Assembly: GCA_004764695.1 (NCBI GenBank)
Contig: SMSO01000033.1
Location: 186,001-250,000, forward strand
Direction of reading: 5' to 3'
Source: Schizochytrium sp. TIO01
Taxonomy: Eukaryota; Protista; Bigyra: Labyrinthulomycetes
DNA length: 64,000 nucleotides
The notes beneath the pieces are model-generated. The model saw nothing but the letters and a program-made list of their open reading frames with translations, was not told the DNA's origin and did not search any database. Positions 46,495 to 58,486 of this stretch are shown here, piece by piece (the first letter of the stretch is position 1; each line of letters opens with the position of its first letter). The position numbers and the translations under genes are program-made.

Positions 46495-48249
46495 ATGATG
46501 CGACCTCCGACGCGCGTGAGACGCCCTGGCGAGAATACCGCTCGCAGGGTACCCTCATCTTCTTCAGGATCAGCTCCTGTGTCTGTTGCTTCGACATCGT
46601 CTGCTTCCGCATCACAACCTCCTGTGCCAGCAAAAAGCTCGAAAAGGTTGCCAGGTTCAAATTCTGTAGCCCCGGTCTCAAGCTCAACAGAAGCCCCAAC
46701 AATACGTCCTAAGGCCTCGAAAGTTGGAGGACCAAACTCAAAGATAAACTTGGCGGGGTCCTCTAGTTCTAGTGAGGCTAGCAAAAAACCTAAATTTACG
46801 TTGCGTACAAGCCATGCATTGGCCAAATTTTCTCCGGATGGCCGACTTGCGGCCTTTGGCAGTGGAACTGCAGTTGTTGTAGTTCGGGTGCCCTCCCTTG
46901 AACATGGCACGGGGAATGAAGGTGGTGGATTCAAGGTTGTGCGTCGTTTTAGCTGCATGGACAATGTCGAGGGTATTGACTGGTCTCAGGACTCCACAAT
47001 GGTCATGTGTGCTCAGTACAAGCGTTCCCAGGTTCAAGTGTTTTCTGTTGAGGATAGAGGATTTAATTGCCGCGTTTCAGAAGGCGTGGGTGGTCTAGTT
47101 TATGCCACTTTCGCACCAGCTGGGCAGCACCTCATCACAGTTGCAGATTTTCAGCTTCACTTAAGTGTATGGTCTCTTCCAGACCAGACCCAACGATGCT
47201 TCATGAACCCCAAGCTTACGTCTGCGCAGGGTTTCAGATTTTCTCAGGATGGCCAATTTATGGCTGTGGCACATCGCCGCGAATGCAAAGACAGTGTTGC
47301 TGTTTACAGTACGGCTAAGGGTCGATGGGCCAAATTGCAGCACTTTACAGTGGCTACCACTGATTTAGAGGAGATTGCTTGGACTGCAGACAATGACGGT
47401 ATTATTGTCCGAGATTGCCCAATTCAGTACCGATTGCTCGTATATAACCCGGCAGATGGAAGCCTCCTCGCGCGCTACTGTGCTTATGAGCACGCCCTCG
47501 GTATCAAGACCTTGTCATACGCCAAGTCATCAAAACTTGCCGCTGTTGGCAGCTTTGATCAAGTCTGCCGAATTCTCAACACAATGACATGGAAACCAAT
47601 TGCAGAATGTGAACACCCGAACTCCATCGTTTTGAAAAACTCTGGAATTCGCTGGATCTCGCAAACACCTACCGAAAATGATGCTTCTAATATGAACAAC
47701 TCCCAGTCCGCTGTGCATGGAGGTTTACCTAGCACCGCAACACACAATGGAAATACTGCTGTCAATAATAGTATCGTTAATTCACTCGGGCAAGCTATGG
47801 TGCCTTCCACAGGGCATGGTGGTGTCCACAAATTTGCTGTTGTGAAACCAGACCCGAAAAAGGCAATTCCCAAATCTGGTATTGGACTCATGGCTTGGAG
47901 CTTTGATGGTCAATACCTTGCAACTCGTGACGATCAAAAACCGTTTGTTGTGTGGATATGGAAGGTTGATATGCTTAAACCCTTTGCAATTCTGGAGCTT
48001 GCATCGAAAGTGAATTCATTCAAGTGGGATCCTTGCCGTATTCGCCTTGCTATTGCTTCAGGGGAACCGACTGCTTATCTTTGGACCCCAGAATGTAACG
48101 AAGCTCTTATCTCTGCTTCGGCATGGTCAGCTCAACCCGCAGAAGAACCAGTCTGGAGTGAACCTGTGCTCGGTGTAAAGTGGAGTTCCGGTGGTGATGT
48201 GCTTTTGCTCTTGTCGAAATCTCAGTCAGCCTTTGCTCTAGTCAACTAG
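46495..48249 (+). CDS. WRAP73: WD40-repeat protein WRAP73/WDR8 (centrosome/basal body)
   Basis: WSQDSTMVMCAQYKRSQVQVFS...CRVSEGVGGL...HLITVADFQLHLSVWSL, HRRECKD, AYEHALGIK, AVGSFDQVCRILNTMTWK and WSFDGQYLATRDD match the WDR8 family pattern as I recall it; Ser-rich N-terminal extension. Confidence 0.88.
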   Translation: MMRPPTRVRRPGENTARRVPSSSSGSAPVSVASTSSASASQPPVPAKSSKRLPGSNSVAPVSSSTEAPTIRPKASKVGGPNSKINLAGSSSSSEASKKPKFTLRTSHALAKFSPDGRLAAFGSGTAVVVVRVPSLEHGTGNEGGGFKVVRRFSCMDNVEGIDWSQDSTMVMCAQYKRSQVQVFSVEDRGFNCRVSEGVGGLVYATFAPAGQHLITVADFQLHLSVWSLPDQTQRCFMNPKLTSAQGFRFSQDGQFMAVAHRRECKDSVAVYSTAKGRWAKLQHFTVATTDLEEIAWTADNDGIIVRDCPIQYRLLVYNPADGSLLARYCAYEHALGIKTLSYAKSSKLAAVGSFDQVCRILNTMTWKPIAECEHPNSIVLKNSGIRWISQTPTENDASNMNNSQSAVHGGLPSTATHNGNTAVNNSIVNSLGQAMVPSTGHGGVHKFAVVKPDPKKAIPKSGIGLMAWSFDGQYLATRDDQKPFVVWIWKVDMLKPFAILELASKVNSFKWDPCRIRLAIASGEPTAYLWTPECNEALISASAWSAQPAEEPVWSEPVLGVKWSSGGDVLLLLSKSQSAFALVN

Positions 48250-48725
48250 CTTATGTTAGCAATTGTCAATATGCTGGACTAGCTAGATAGACGCTATATT
48301 ACCATAAACTTAGCTTCAGGCATCTCTCGGCTGCTTGTTTGACCCTTTGAACCTGTGCATTAATTATATCTCCTTTGCTTCTAACTTTTCTTTTTGTCGA
48401 AAGTCTTCACTGTGTAGATTCATTTGTCTACGCCTTGACACACACACGCATTAAGCTGTTAGTTAAAGAGATTCCATCTTGGTTTTATTTTTTTAATTTT
48501 ATAAATCTATCATTTTACGGTTTTCGAGTTGGTAATATTCCGAATGTGCGATGTTGCAGATAAAATAGTGCCAATACGGGACGGTGCAACTTGAAGCTGT
48601 TTAATTTTCCAATATTCTTGCTCTCCTTGACTTGTTTATGAGACGAGGTTGCAGGGTCACGTGGAAGAAATCACAGATTGATATCGTATATGTGTTGTGT
48701 TTGCCACACTGTTGGTACAGTCTTT

Positions 48726-50246
48726 TTACTTCTTCTTCTTGCTTGCCTCTTCGGCGGCCCTCGCGGCGGCAACCTGCAGTTCAGACGAAATCGCAAATTT
48801 GCGAGGGGTGTCACCGCCATTGCTGCGCCAACGAAGAAGGGAGCCAAGGTTAAAGATGAACCACACAAAGTGTACCCAGACAATCATGGTCTCAAGCACG
48901 GGTGCAACGAGGCTCGCTGGGAGAATAGGTCCATCGCCAGGGAGGTGCTGTTTGGACAGAGACGCAATGTATTTGTCAGCAGTACTCTCCGTGTATGGTA
49001 CAGTGGTACGGTTGAAACCAGCAAGGCCCCAGCATCCATTGCAAATGCCAAAAGCATTCTCGAAAACGCGGGCTCGAAGAAGCGTGAGGAACGTGGTGAC
49101 CATAGCAGGGACCAAGTAGTGAATCGCAGCGCCACAGACCGAGCGGTATGATGAGTTGAGGGTCGATACGATGGCTTCAGCAGAGAACTTGCCCTTCTGC
49201 GTCAGCATGTATTGTACTGTAAGATACGCAGAATCAGAGTATCCCTGCATCATTCGCGGGAAAAGGTAAAGGCGAAGCGCACAGGAGAAGATCGTAAGCC
49301 AGAAGCGAATGCGTTCGTACGTGGTGCGGTCTCCATTGAGCACGCTAGTCACGATAGGCTGAGTAGTAAGCGGCTCCACATAGGCGAGGACCACAAAAAG
49401 CGGCAGGACAAAGTTGAGGTGGAAGAGGAAACGCGTGCCAAAAGTTGGCTTGAGCATGTTTGTGACGTGCTTCTTGCGGTCAGCAAAACCCACGGTTTCG
49501 TGGTACACGCGAGCGAATCGGAGGGCTGGGAGAAAGGTGACGTAAGCAAAGAAAGCGCCAAAGAGGCAAAGACCGAGGTTGATGCTCCACCACAACTCGG
49601 TATGTGCGTCGGAGGGGATAAGCTTTGAGTCCTTGAAGCCACGCTCAAACTTGAGGTCAGGGAAGACCTCTGCATCAGAGATCATACCGTTGAAGACCAT
49701 GCAGGCGAAGAAGGCTAGGATCGCGAAGGCCACTGAGTACTGTTTCTCGCCCTCGCCGGCAGCCTGCAAAACCTGGCCGATGATGCCCATATCAATGAGC
49801 ACGAGAGCCAAAATCACCAACGTTGTAGCAGTTTGAGGGCCACGAAGATTGCCACCCCAAAGCAGGCAGTATGCAATCTCGGACATGATAAAAGAACCGA
49901 GAGCCACGACGCCGAGGCCAGCAACCATGTCGTATTGCGGGTAGAAAGTCAGGTGGTTCAACTTCATCTGCACTTCATAAAACGGAGAGCTTCCAGCACC
50001 AGATGCAGATGTTGCGGCAGCATTTTCTTCAGTCTGGCGAGACTTTTTACCCTTCTTGCTCTTGCGAGTAGTAGCTTCGCGTTTTGCAGCTCCAGACCTA
50101 ACGGCATCGCTGAGCTGCGCCACATCACCTGGAATGAGCGTGGCCAATGAGCCAAGCCACCAATTGCCGATTTGGATGACTTGCCTGCGACTGAACTGGA
50201 AGAGTGCCAGCAAAATCAGCAGTGAGTCGAAACTCAGGAGCGCCAT
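48726..50246 (-). CDS. TMEM161: TMEM161 family multi-pass membrane protein
   Basis: 506 aa with multiple TM segments, a basic N-terminal loop (KSKKGKK), HLTFYPQY, TFLPALRFAR, LFHLNFVLPLFVVLAYVEP, YERIRFWL...LRLYL...MQGY and YRSVCGAAIHYLVP, all resembling TMEM161A/B. Confidence 0.8.
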   Translation of the reverse strand: MALLSFDSLLILLALFQFSRRQVIQIGNWWLGSLATLIPGDVAQLSDAVRSGAAKREATTRKSKKGKKSRQTEENAAATSASGAGSSPFYEVQMKLNHLTFYPQYDMVAGLGVVALGSFIMSEIAYCLLWGGNLRGPQTATTLVILALVLIDMGIIGQVLQAAGEGEKQYSVAFAILAFFACMVFNGMISDAEVFPDLKFERGFKDSKLIPSDAHTELWWSINLGLCLFGAFFAYVTFLPALRFARVYHETVGFADRKKHVTNMLKPTFGTRFLFHLNFVLPLFVVLAYVEPLTTQPIVTSVLNGDRTTYERIRFWLTIFSCALRLYLFPRMMQGYSDSAYLTVQYMLTQKGKFSAEAIVSTLNSSYRSVCGAAIHYLVPAMVTTFLTLLRARVFENAFGICNGCWGLAGFNRTTVPYTESTADKYIASLSKQHLPGDGPILPASLVAPVLETMIVWVHFVWFIFNLGSLLRWRSNGGDTPRKFAISSELQVAAARAAEEASKKKK

Positions 50247-52071
50247 GATCTCAAAGCTTGGGGGGTGCTCTTCTTCTAGGCCGCCGTGCGATGATCCTTT
50301 CTCGAGTTTGTTCTCGTCTCAGCAGAGCTCTCGCTCAACTTCAACGGAAAGTGGACTGTAAGAACAGCTTATGGAGGGCGCAATAGACTCACGTCTATCT
50401 TCGCGTCAGCCTCAGTATTGTCAACTGCGGTCGAAGCTTTAATCGAGGAGCTCCGTCTCGATCGAGGTCTGTGTGACGATGATTGCTTTTTCGATCATCT
50501 TCAAGAATAGTAATCCAATGAAACAATTCAACGCAAGGCAAAATCCAAACATTAAGGACCCGGTGTATCCCACAAGAACACGTGCATGAAACTCCCACTA
50601 CTGTTATAGTTTCAGCTGTATGGGTGCTACCCACTTGCATTGCATTTGTCTTCCCATTTTAAGTTCGGTAGGGCAAAAAAATCGCCACGAAGCAAAAGCA
50701 AACAAGCAAAATCGCAAATGGGATAGCTCTGCGCAGAGAGCATCCAGGTTGGACCTCGGCGACTCACAAGTTCTAAGACGACATCTTGTCGAGGTTCCGA
50801 ACTTTCTTCGCACTGGCAGAGTGAATGATGTCCTGGTTGTTAATTTCTCTTCTTTTATTGCGTTCACACATTATGATTACTTTTAGTGACGATGATTTAT
50901 AATTGTTATTTTTTAAATCAAAAATTACAATAGTAATGATAATATGCCCAATAATAGTCAGTATTATCATGGCAGATCACAGCTTTTAGTTAGCTACAGG
51001 TCCCTCGTTCGAGTGTTTTTGGTTGCTATTTGTTTCAAGGAGTCAGAAAAAGTGCACGTGAGACGCCTTCAGAGGTTGTTTTACTCTGCTTTGCGTTGCT
51101 AGCCTAGCTTTACTTTTGTTTTTTTGGCGCTCTCGCTACCGCCATCAGGTGCTTCTGTTCTGGTTTCAGAACTCTATTTCAGAGGACAGAAGGTCAAAGC
51201 TTTGTTGTTATCTTATATATCTTATATATCGATGATTGAGGACAATGGAGCAGATTATCAGTGCTGATGTGGCTTCGAATTATCTTATTTCTGAAACCCT
51301 CTTTTCTCAAAAAGTACCTATACGTGGAATGCCGCTGGGGTAGTGGGCTTGAGCGCTTAGCGGTGATCGCCGAGAACCTCCTCTTCAGCTTTATGCAAAG
51401 GAAGCACCTATGCTAGATGACGTAGAACACGGTGATTACAGAGGCCTCACAATGTGCCTCTGGTTCATTCAACACCAAGAGTAACTTAGTCGGAGTGTTA
51501 AATTAATATATTTATCAGCGAGCACTCTAGGTTCCTACTACTTGGGGAACAAAATATGTCTCTTAGGTGCTAGCTTGCCTGTTTGAGTCGACGATTAAGA
51601 TTATCAAGTTTGTTTTTGAAGACGAATGGCGCCAGAAGGGAGGGCACAGGTGGAGCCAAATGCACAATTTCAAAGAAACTAAGCTTGAGGCAAACGTGGA
51701 AAATATTTAATCTTGGCGTGATCAGTCCTTGAAGAAATGAATATTTTTATGTTGGTTGGTGTTATGAGATTTGTTTGGGGATGATGAATGAATGAATGAA
51801 TGAGTTAGAGCATGAACGAATTTACGTCGAAAGCTAGTACAAATGTACGGCTTCTGTTGGTGTGGAGTCCAAACAGAAACAGCAAGAATTAAGAAACTCA
51901 TGAAGAAAAGGGCGGTACATCGAGTGCCAGGAAAAATGGAAAACGAAGGTCATGGACTTCATCCTTGCATGCACCTTGAGAATCGAAAAGATTGAAACAA
52001 AGGAGAAAAGGAGGACTCTCTTTTGGTTGGATCTGAAGCCACCGTAATTGAGACAGAAAATAAGAAAGCGT

Positions 52072-55000
52072 TTACCGCGACGGCAACTGCGCACTTTGAC
52101 GTTGGCAGTTACCAATAAATTCGTCATAGGAGAACGAACCGCCAGGAAAAGAGGCCCGGTCCTCGACCAGGAACCAGCGGAAGCGAGTCTCGAGCGGATC
52201 GCCCTCCTTGATGACATGGATCTGCTGAAAGGTTCCCTTGCAATTAGCACGCAAAGCATCAACAATGTTGCAGATGCGTTGCTTCAAATCATTATCATCG
52301 GGTTGCCTCTCGACGCGGAGCACCCCACCATCGATGCCATCTAAAGTAGGAACACCAAAAAGAGACTGCACCAAACGAGGATCAACACCTCGGCCGACCC
52401 AGAGCAAAAGCTCGAGGCCGTTATCAAGCAAGAAGACACCGCTAGAGTTAAGGCTGCCAGCCGACAAGTTAACTAAACGGGGCAGCTTAATCCGCTGGTT
52501 TTCACCATAGCGCATAGTACCAGCCTCCTCGGGGGCTCCATTGTTATTAGCAGGGACAGCGACAGGGCGACCAGCATCGGGGGTCATCGAGTGAAGCTCA
52601 TAAAGGCGCGGGTAGAGGAAGAGAATGCAGTTCTTCAGTGACATACGGTTCACACAATGCAAGAAGTTGACACGCTCATCAAATCCGACCTGTTCTCCAC
52701 CACGAAATGCGGGGCTCTTGATCATAGCCATTGCATACAGCGGAAGCAGAGAAATGCTCTCCGGAAGCTGCGCTCCGCCCTGCTGTTGCTGAGGCATCTG
52801 TTGCTGGTGCGAAGGAGGCATCATCATAGAGGGCGGCTGGCCGTAAGGCGTACTGTTTCCTGACAACTTACTCGCGCGCAGTACGTTGACAGAGAAGTTC
52901 TGAAGCTTATTTCTGACTTGGATAAGACCAAGCTGGAAAGCTTCGGTGGATGCCTTTTTCGCAACAAAAGCCGCGATGGCATCCTGATTTGCAGACGAAT
53001 GGAGATCAGAGACGGTCGAGGTGACTGGAACCACCGTGGTCAAGACCCTAATGCGACGCTGTCCATTCGAGTTGGTATACAAAAGTGCACCCTGAAGCGT
53101 GATAACGCCTGAGGCGACCATTTTCTCCTGGTGACGGAACTCCAAGGCATAAGTGGCATCTGCGTCGCAGGTCGGAAGCTGCATAAGATCAGCACCTCGC
53201 AGCTGAAAGTTGCCGTGAAATCCTGAAACACGCACACCGTTTGAGGCACGGAGACGAAAGACAGCCTCCCAAGCCGTCTCACGCGCCAGAGTACGCCGGA
53301 CATCAGCGCCAAAGGCCTTGCCGTGTCGCTGGCTGGAAAACCGAGGGTAGAAGTGGAGCTGGCCGCCAGTATTTTTCGCGAGCGAGTGCAAAGATGCAAC
53401 GTCGCAATACGCTGTGGGCGTGAGGAAGAGTTCAATTGATACCTGGTTCTTACCCATTTCGTTTACAGTGTTCTGGTAAAAAGCATCCGCGGTCTGAAAA
53501 AGGGTGTGCTCTTTGTCGGTGCCCAGGAGCCGCATGTTCTCGCGGTGCGTGAGTTTACCAAGACCTAACGTCGGGAGCTTTGACTGGAACACAAGCATCT
53601 TGCCACCGATATGCACCATTACGCGGTAAGCTGCTTGGATTGCGGACCCCGATGCGATGTCATGGGTGTGACTCTTGGAGTGGATGCGAGGCAGTGAGTC
53701 AAGAAGCATTTCAAAGACTTCTCTCGAGTCTGCCAGGTTGACCAGGAGGTCCTCAGGGCATGGTAGGAAGAGTTCATCGAGGTCGCTTACTACAAACATC
53801 TTGGGCTGCGAGAGATTGCTGTTCAAGCTATAGAACTGCACCGCGTAGTCAAAGGTGATGAGACCCACTTGAGTTCGCGGTGATCCTGGGAGCTTGTCGA
53901 GGCTGTCGCGAATCGCCTGCACGGCGCACGCCAACATCCCCGACTGTACTGCTTCGTACGAGACGTCAAGGACGAACATGTACACTGGTGCTTGAGGTGG
54001 GCGCACCATGTATTCTGACGGTGCCATGATCTCAATGCATCCTTCGTGCAGTTCCGGGTGCTCCATGCGGTCTGCACGCTGGCCGTTTGCGTCGAGGTGC
54101 GAATAATACTGTGACCCTGTTTCGTTGTCACGATGGCACAGATTACACTTCCACTTGCGTCCATTCTCAAGCCACGTGACGAATGGGTTGATGTATGCTC
54201 TGCATGCGCGGCATCTCACAACGCCCACAGAGCCAAAATTTACCACAGGGGGTTCCTTTCCCTCAGGATGTTCTGCTAAGGGTTGAATGACACATCCCGT
54301 GGGAAGAGCAGCTTGTTCCGAAAGCGCATCAGATGCGGGAAACTTGGACATTGTCGGCTTTAACCACACAGGATCACACATGGCAGCAGGATCAAAGTAA
54401 GTTTGCTGCTGTTGTTGCTGTTGCTGCTGCTGCTGTTGCATTTGAGGGGGGCGGCCTTGCATGCTTTGCTGGGGTGGGTACATGTTATTCATTTGGCCTT
54501 GCATTGGTGGTTGTGGCTGTTGCTGCATTCCCATTTGGGGGGGAGGAGGCATGCCCATTTGAGGGGGGGGAGGCATGCCCATCTGAGGAGGAGGCATGCC
54601 CGTCTGGGGCGGCGGCGGCATGCCTCCGAACTGTGCTGGGGGCCTGGGTTGCATTGCAGGTGCTTGTTGTTGAGGTGGCTGCTGCTGATGTTGGGGCGGA
54701 CGCGGAGGGAATTGCGGCTGCTGTTGCTGCTGAGGCGGCTGCTGCTGGGGCATTCCAGGTCTCGGTGGTTGTGACGCAAAGCTAGAGGCTGAAGGTGGCC
54801 TCTGCGGCATGCTCTGCGGCGGCTGCTGCTGCGTATTCGGTGGCAGTGGCGGTGTCGCTGAACTGGAAGCTGTGCCGGGTCTCAGAGACATGTTGTTCAT
54901 CTGCTGGGTTAAACCCGCCGTGGCGTTGTTCTGCGGCGTAGGGAATCCTCTTGCTGGGCTGTTTCCAGAAGCCGGGGGGGGCGTGGGGTACCCTCTAGGC

Positions 55001-55434
55001 GCAGGAGAAGGAGCACCGTTGGGCACAGCGCCATTGGCGCTTGGAGAGGGCTGACCAGGGTAGCCTCGTGCAGGACTAGCAAAACCCATGGGCCGGGGAG
55101 GTCCGCTCACGTTCGAGGATGAAGACGAAGAGGATACCTGTCGCGGAGGCATGCTTGGGCTACTGTTGTTTGGTGCTGCTGGCGCCGACGCCGCAGGATA
55201 TCCCCGACCAGGGGCAGATTGAGGAGCTGCTGCTTGAGGGTATCCTCGACCTGGAGACTGCTGAAGATGCTGTTGTTGCTGCTGAGGATATCCTTGTGCA
55301 GGTGGTTGCTGCTGCTGTTGCTGAGGATATCCACGTGCAGGAGGCTGTTGTTGCGGCGGCTGAGTTTGGAATTGCTGCTGTGGCGGGTAGCCCCGAGCAG
55401 GTGGAGCTTGTCCGGGATACTGGTTTGGCTGCAT
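52072..55434 (-). CDS. SEC24: COPII coat protein Sec24 (SEC24A/B-like)
   Basis: Pro/Gln-rich N-terminus, zinc finger RCRACRAYINPF...WKCNLC, trunk PSEYMVRPPQAPVYMFVLDVS, WEAVFRLRAS, LLYTNSNGQRRIRV, gelsolin-like C-terminus, LVEDR...SYDEF. Confidence 0.97.
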   Translation of the reverse strand: MQPNQYPGQAPPARGYPPQQQFQTQPPQQQPPARGYPQQQQQQPPAQGYPQQQQQHLQQSPGRGYPQAAAPQSAPGRGYPAASAPAAPNNSSPSMPPRQVSSSSSSSNVSGPPRPMGFASPARGYPGQPSPSANGAVPNGAPSPAPRGYPTPPPASGNSPARGFPTPQNNATAGLTQQMNNMSLRPGTASSSATPPLPPNTQQQPPQSMPQRPPSASSFASQPPRPGMPQQQPPQQQQQPQFPPRPPQHQQQPPQQQAPAMQPRPPAQFGGMPPPPQTGMPPPQMGMPPPPQMGMPPPPQMGMQQQPQPPMQGQMNNMYPPQQSMQGRPPQMQQQQQQQQQQQQTYFDPAAMCDPVWLKPTMSKFPASDALSEQAALPTGCVIQPLAEHPEGKEPPVVNFGSVGVVRCRACRAYINPFVTWLENGRKWKCNLCHRDNETGSQYYSHLDANGQRADRMEHPELHEGCIEIMAPSEYMVRPPQAPVYMFVLDVSYEAVQSGMLACAVQAIRDSLDKLPGSPRTQVGLITFDYAVQFYSLNSNLSQPKMFVVSDLDELFLPCPEDLLVNLADSREVFEMLLDSLPRIHSKSHTHDIASGSAIQAAYRVMVHIGGKMLVFQSKLPTLGLGKLTHRENMRLLGTDKEHTLFQTADAFYQNTVNEMGKNQVSIELFLTPTAYCDVASLHSLAKNTGGQLHFYPRFSSQRHGKAFGADVRRTLARETAWEAVFRLRASNGVRVSGFHGNFQLRGADLMQLPTCDADATYALEFRHQEKMVASGVITLQGALLYTNSNGQRRIRVLTTVVPVTSTVSDLHSSANQDAIAAFVAKKASTEAFQLGLIQVRNKLQNFSVNVLRASKLSGNSTPYGQPPSMMMPPSHQQQMPQQQQGGAQLPESISLLPLYAMAMIKSPAFRGGEQVGFDERVNFLHCVNRMSLKNCILFLYPRLYELHSMTPDAGRPVAVPANNNGAPEEAGTMRYGENQRIKLPRLVNLSAGSLNSSGVFLLDNGLELLLWVGRGVDPRLVQSLFGVPTLDGIDGGVLRVERQPDDNDLKQRICNIVDALRANCKGTFQQIHVIKEGDPLETRFRWFLVEDRASFPGGSFSYDEFIGNCQRQSAQLPSR

Positions 55435-57931
55435 CCTGTCTGCGCTCGCTGTTATTGGTTAACACAAATTAGATGAGTAGTAGTTGATTGACTACAAGGA
55501 GCGCGAGCTCTGTACCAATAAATCAGACTTGACACCACGTCAAGAGGCCTGGTTAATTTGTTGCACACACAAGCTAAATACGACCACGTAGTCTTTCTCC
55601 AACGTATCAATATGATAAAATTTGGCAGATTGACGAACAATAGCTTTGGCAGCCTTGAGTATTAAGCTACTGGTTGTGTTTGTGCGCTAAAATACTTTAG
55701 TGAACCAATGCCACGCACGGAGTCCGTATCGAGCCTGAAAATCTCGACCTACTCTAGATACAGATGAAATATGACGGATATACAGCTGTTGTGGTCGCTG
55801 TCGCTGTTGCTGTTGTTGTCGCGCCTCTCGACTTTGCTGGGCCTTACGAGCAAGAAAACCTCGAACTCTGCACGTCTGGGCGGACAGCTGCTCTCGACTT
55901 TCTGATTTCCAGCCCAATCTCGCCTCGAGCTTCTTACGCCGCGAGTTTAACTCGGTGAGTCGCGGTGACGTGGAGGTGACCTCCAAAAAGAAACAGTGAA
56001 CAACAGAAGAATGAATGAACGAATGAATGAACGAACGAATGAAAGAAGAATGAAAAACTGATCAGACGCCGACCAACGTCCAAGCCAGCAACGGACGGCC
56101 CACGCGTTCGGGTTCTCGCCAGAGCTTCGAACAGCACACGCAACAACCCGTTTCGTGCACCGCTGCCACTTCCAGCAGAAGGAGCAATGAAAGAGCTGCC
56201 GCAGCAACCGCTCTGCGGCGATATGCTCGCCCTCACTCGATCTGCTGACCTCTCTATTCTCTTTGCACATCTCTTTATTCTTCTCCTTTCTTCTCTTTAG
56301 CATTATCTGTTTTACTCAAGATTATCGTCCATATTACTGATAGGACCATATACCGTCACTGTAGGCGCACATAGAACTATGATGGGATATCATATCTCAT
56401 TCATTGTTGCAAAACTTACTATGAGAGATAGCGTGGTAACATGATATTTAGCAGGCAGTCAGTCGCTGTTATGACGATTGATTCATTGCTTGCTTGCTTG
56501 CTTCATTGATTGATGGGTTGATGGATGGAGTGGCTGTCAATCTTAGCACCACGGCGGAGACCCCGCTATCCACTACAAATTGCAGGATTTGCAAATACTT
56601 GCAGGCTGTTGAACTACTCTGCGTCAAGATAACCGTGTTTGTCAAAATCAAGTTGGATATTGTAATTATGCCAGAAGGCAGTCTTATTGTTATCAGTAGC
56701 ATTAACATTAGCACTTGGGCAGCCCCTTTTTTTCTATGGCCCTAGGCCTTCGCAGTATTACATAAGTACTGCTATTCCTCGTTAGGAGTCGATAGCGCTC
56801 GCTAAGGATGCCGCAGCTTGCGTTCCATAGTTAGCGTTCCATCTGCGCTTGCTAAGTGCATCAGTTCTGTTCTCTTTGAAGCGCCACAGTAACGGCTGGG
56901 TTGTGTTCCAATTATGTTCTTTTTGTGGATGGCGGTGTTCGAAGAGACACCTATAGATGGCAGGCAGTACTGAGGGCGAAGGCGACGGAACATAAGGCTG
57001 GGCTTGACGATTGTCACGCCATCACAAAGCGTGTCTTGAGCGTTGTGCGTTGCGACATTGGTTGGAGGGTTGTTTATTGGCCATGAAGTTTGACTTAATT
57101 CTTCGTGTATTGTGGATCGTGGAATGTCCGTACTACAAATGTCGGTGCTGACGGAGGTCACTTGGCTAGCCAGCTGGCTGGGAGGTAATGTTAGGGCATG
57201 GTGAAATTTGAGACACATTTGCGTTGAAGGACCCTTGAAAACTCATGAACTGGGTCACTTGTGCATGTGGATTTGCTTGACTTTAGGTCTCCTCGGGTAG
57301 ATTTTTGTCTTCATCAGTATCAACAGCTAGCTCTTATACGAGTGCGTCCATATACGAATTTCAACTGAAATTCTCGGCGAGCCTCTCTAAACACTTGACA
57401 GTTGTGCCAATGAAACCTCTGGCCAGAGGAGGCAATTGGATGGCAATACTGCGTTTCACCGCTTTCCTCAATATGGCACTTGAATACTTTGGATGCACTG
57501 ACTAACTAACTAATTAATTAGGTACTTAATTTTTAACTACAACCAACTAACTAAATAAGTAGCGAGCTTACTACTGGACAGCGTAAGAGTTATTCACTGC
57601 CACAAGCAGGCAGTGAGTGCTTCGACTCATCTGGTTTGCTCCGGGGCCAAACCCCGAACTAATTCCATCAGAACTTCTGTTGCAGCGCACCTGGACAAGT
57701 GTCCGGAGCCCTTGTTGAGCAGATCCTGGTTGCACTTAGTGAGAGCATAGAGCTTTGCTTGAGGCAAGCAAACGTCGGTCTTGTTTGCGAAGATATTAAG
57801 CTTGATCTTCGCATTAAAGGGTTAGCATCAGAAGCCAAACTTGAGGACAAACTAACCTGAAGCCAAACTTTTGAGCGTGTGTTATTTAAGAACTTGCTAC
57901 AGTCGCAGTTATAGTATATTAAAATTTAAAA

Positions 57932-58486
57932 ATGGACAAGTACTCTCGTGCCGTGCAGGACCGCCTGGCCTCTTCTCTTCCTGAGGGCAGCGAGCGGGAC
58001 CGTGCGGAAGCGTGCTTCAAGACCAACAGCCGCTGCTTCCCTGAGGTGAGCAAATGCATATCTGCCAACGGAGTCTGCGGGCGTCGCCGCTTTTTGAAAG
58101 GCGCCCGAGAGGCCTGTGGCCCTATTGCCACTCAGGAATTCAAGAACAATGCAGCGTACTGCCAGACACAATGCGAGGCCACTATCCTCGGCATGAAGGG
58201 CTCTACATTGGAAATGCAGCGCAAAGTGCATGGCGAGGAAGCTGCACAGGTCTTCGAGACTCCCAAAGGACGTCAGCCTCCCGACACCATCAAGTCTCCA
58301 GAGAAGATCAAGGAGTGGGGCACTTGTGTAACGGCATGCCAGACCAGTAAGGCACTTGAGTCCGAAGCTTACAAGGACTGCTTCGAGACCTTCCTGCTCA
58401 AAGCAATGTCAGACTGTGCCATCGAGAAATGCCGCGACAACGTTATGGCATGTAAGGCTAAGCGCTGCGACCCGCTGGCCGAGTAA
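57932..58486 (+). CDS. Small Cys-rich hypothetical protein (184 aa, 14 Cys)
   Basis: ATG in an A-rich context (AAAAATGG); coding-like GC against AT-rich flanks; no recognised family and no signal peptide. Confidence 0.7.
   Translation: MDKYSRAVQDRLASSLPEGSERDRAEACFKTNSRCFPEVSKCISANGVCGRRRFLKGAREACGPIATQEFKNNAAYCQTQCEATILGMKGSTLEMQRKVHGEEAAQVFETPKGRQPPDTIKSPEKIKEWGTCVTACQTSKALESEAYKDCFETFLLKAMSDCAIEKCRDNVMACKAKRCDPLAE

Noticed and set aside
54403-54440. (CAG)n-type tract
   Set aside because: Ordinary polyQ within the Sec24 low-complexity N-terminus.
57660-57860. Protein-like plus-strand stretch (GALVEQILVALSESIELCLRQ...) upstream of the Cys-rich gene
   Set aside because: No ATG, ends in a stop, and no supported splice link to the ORF at 57932.
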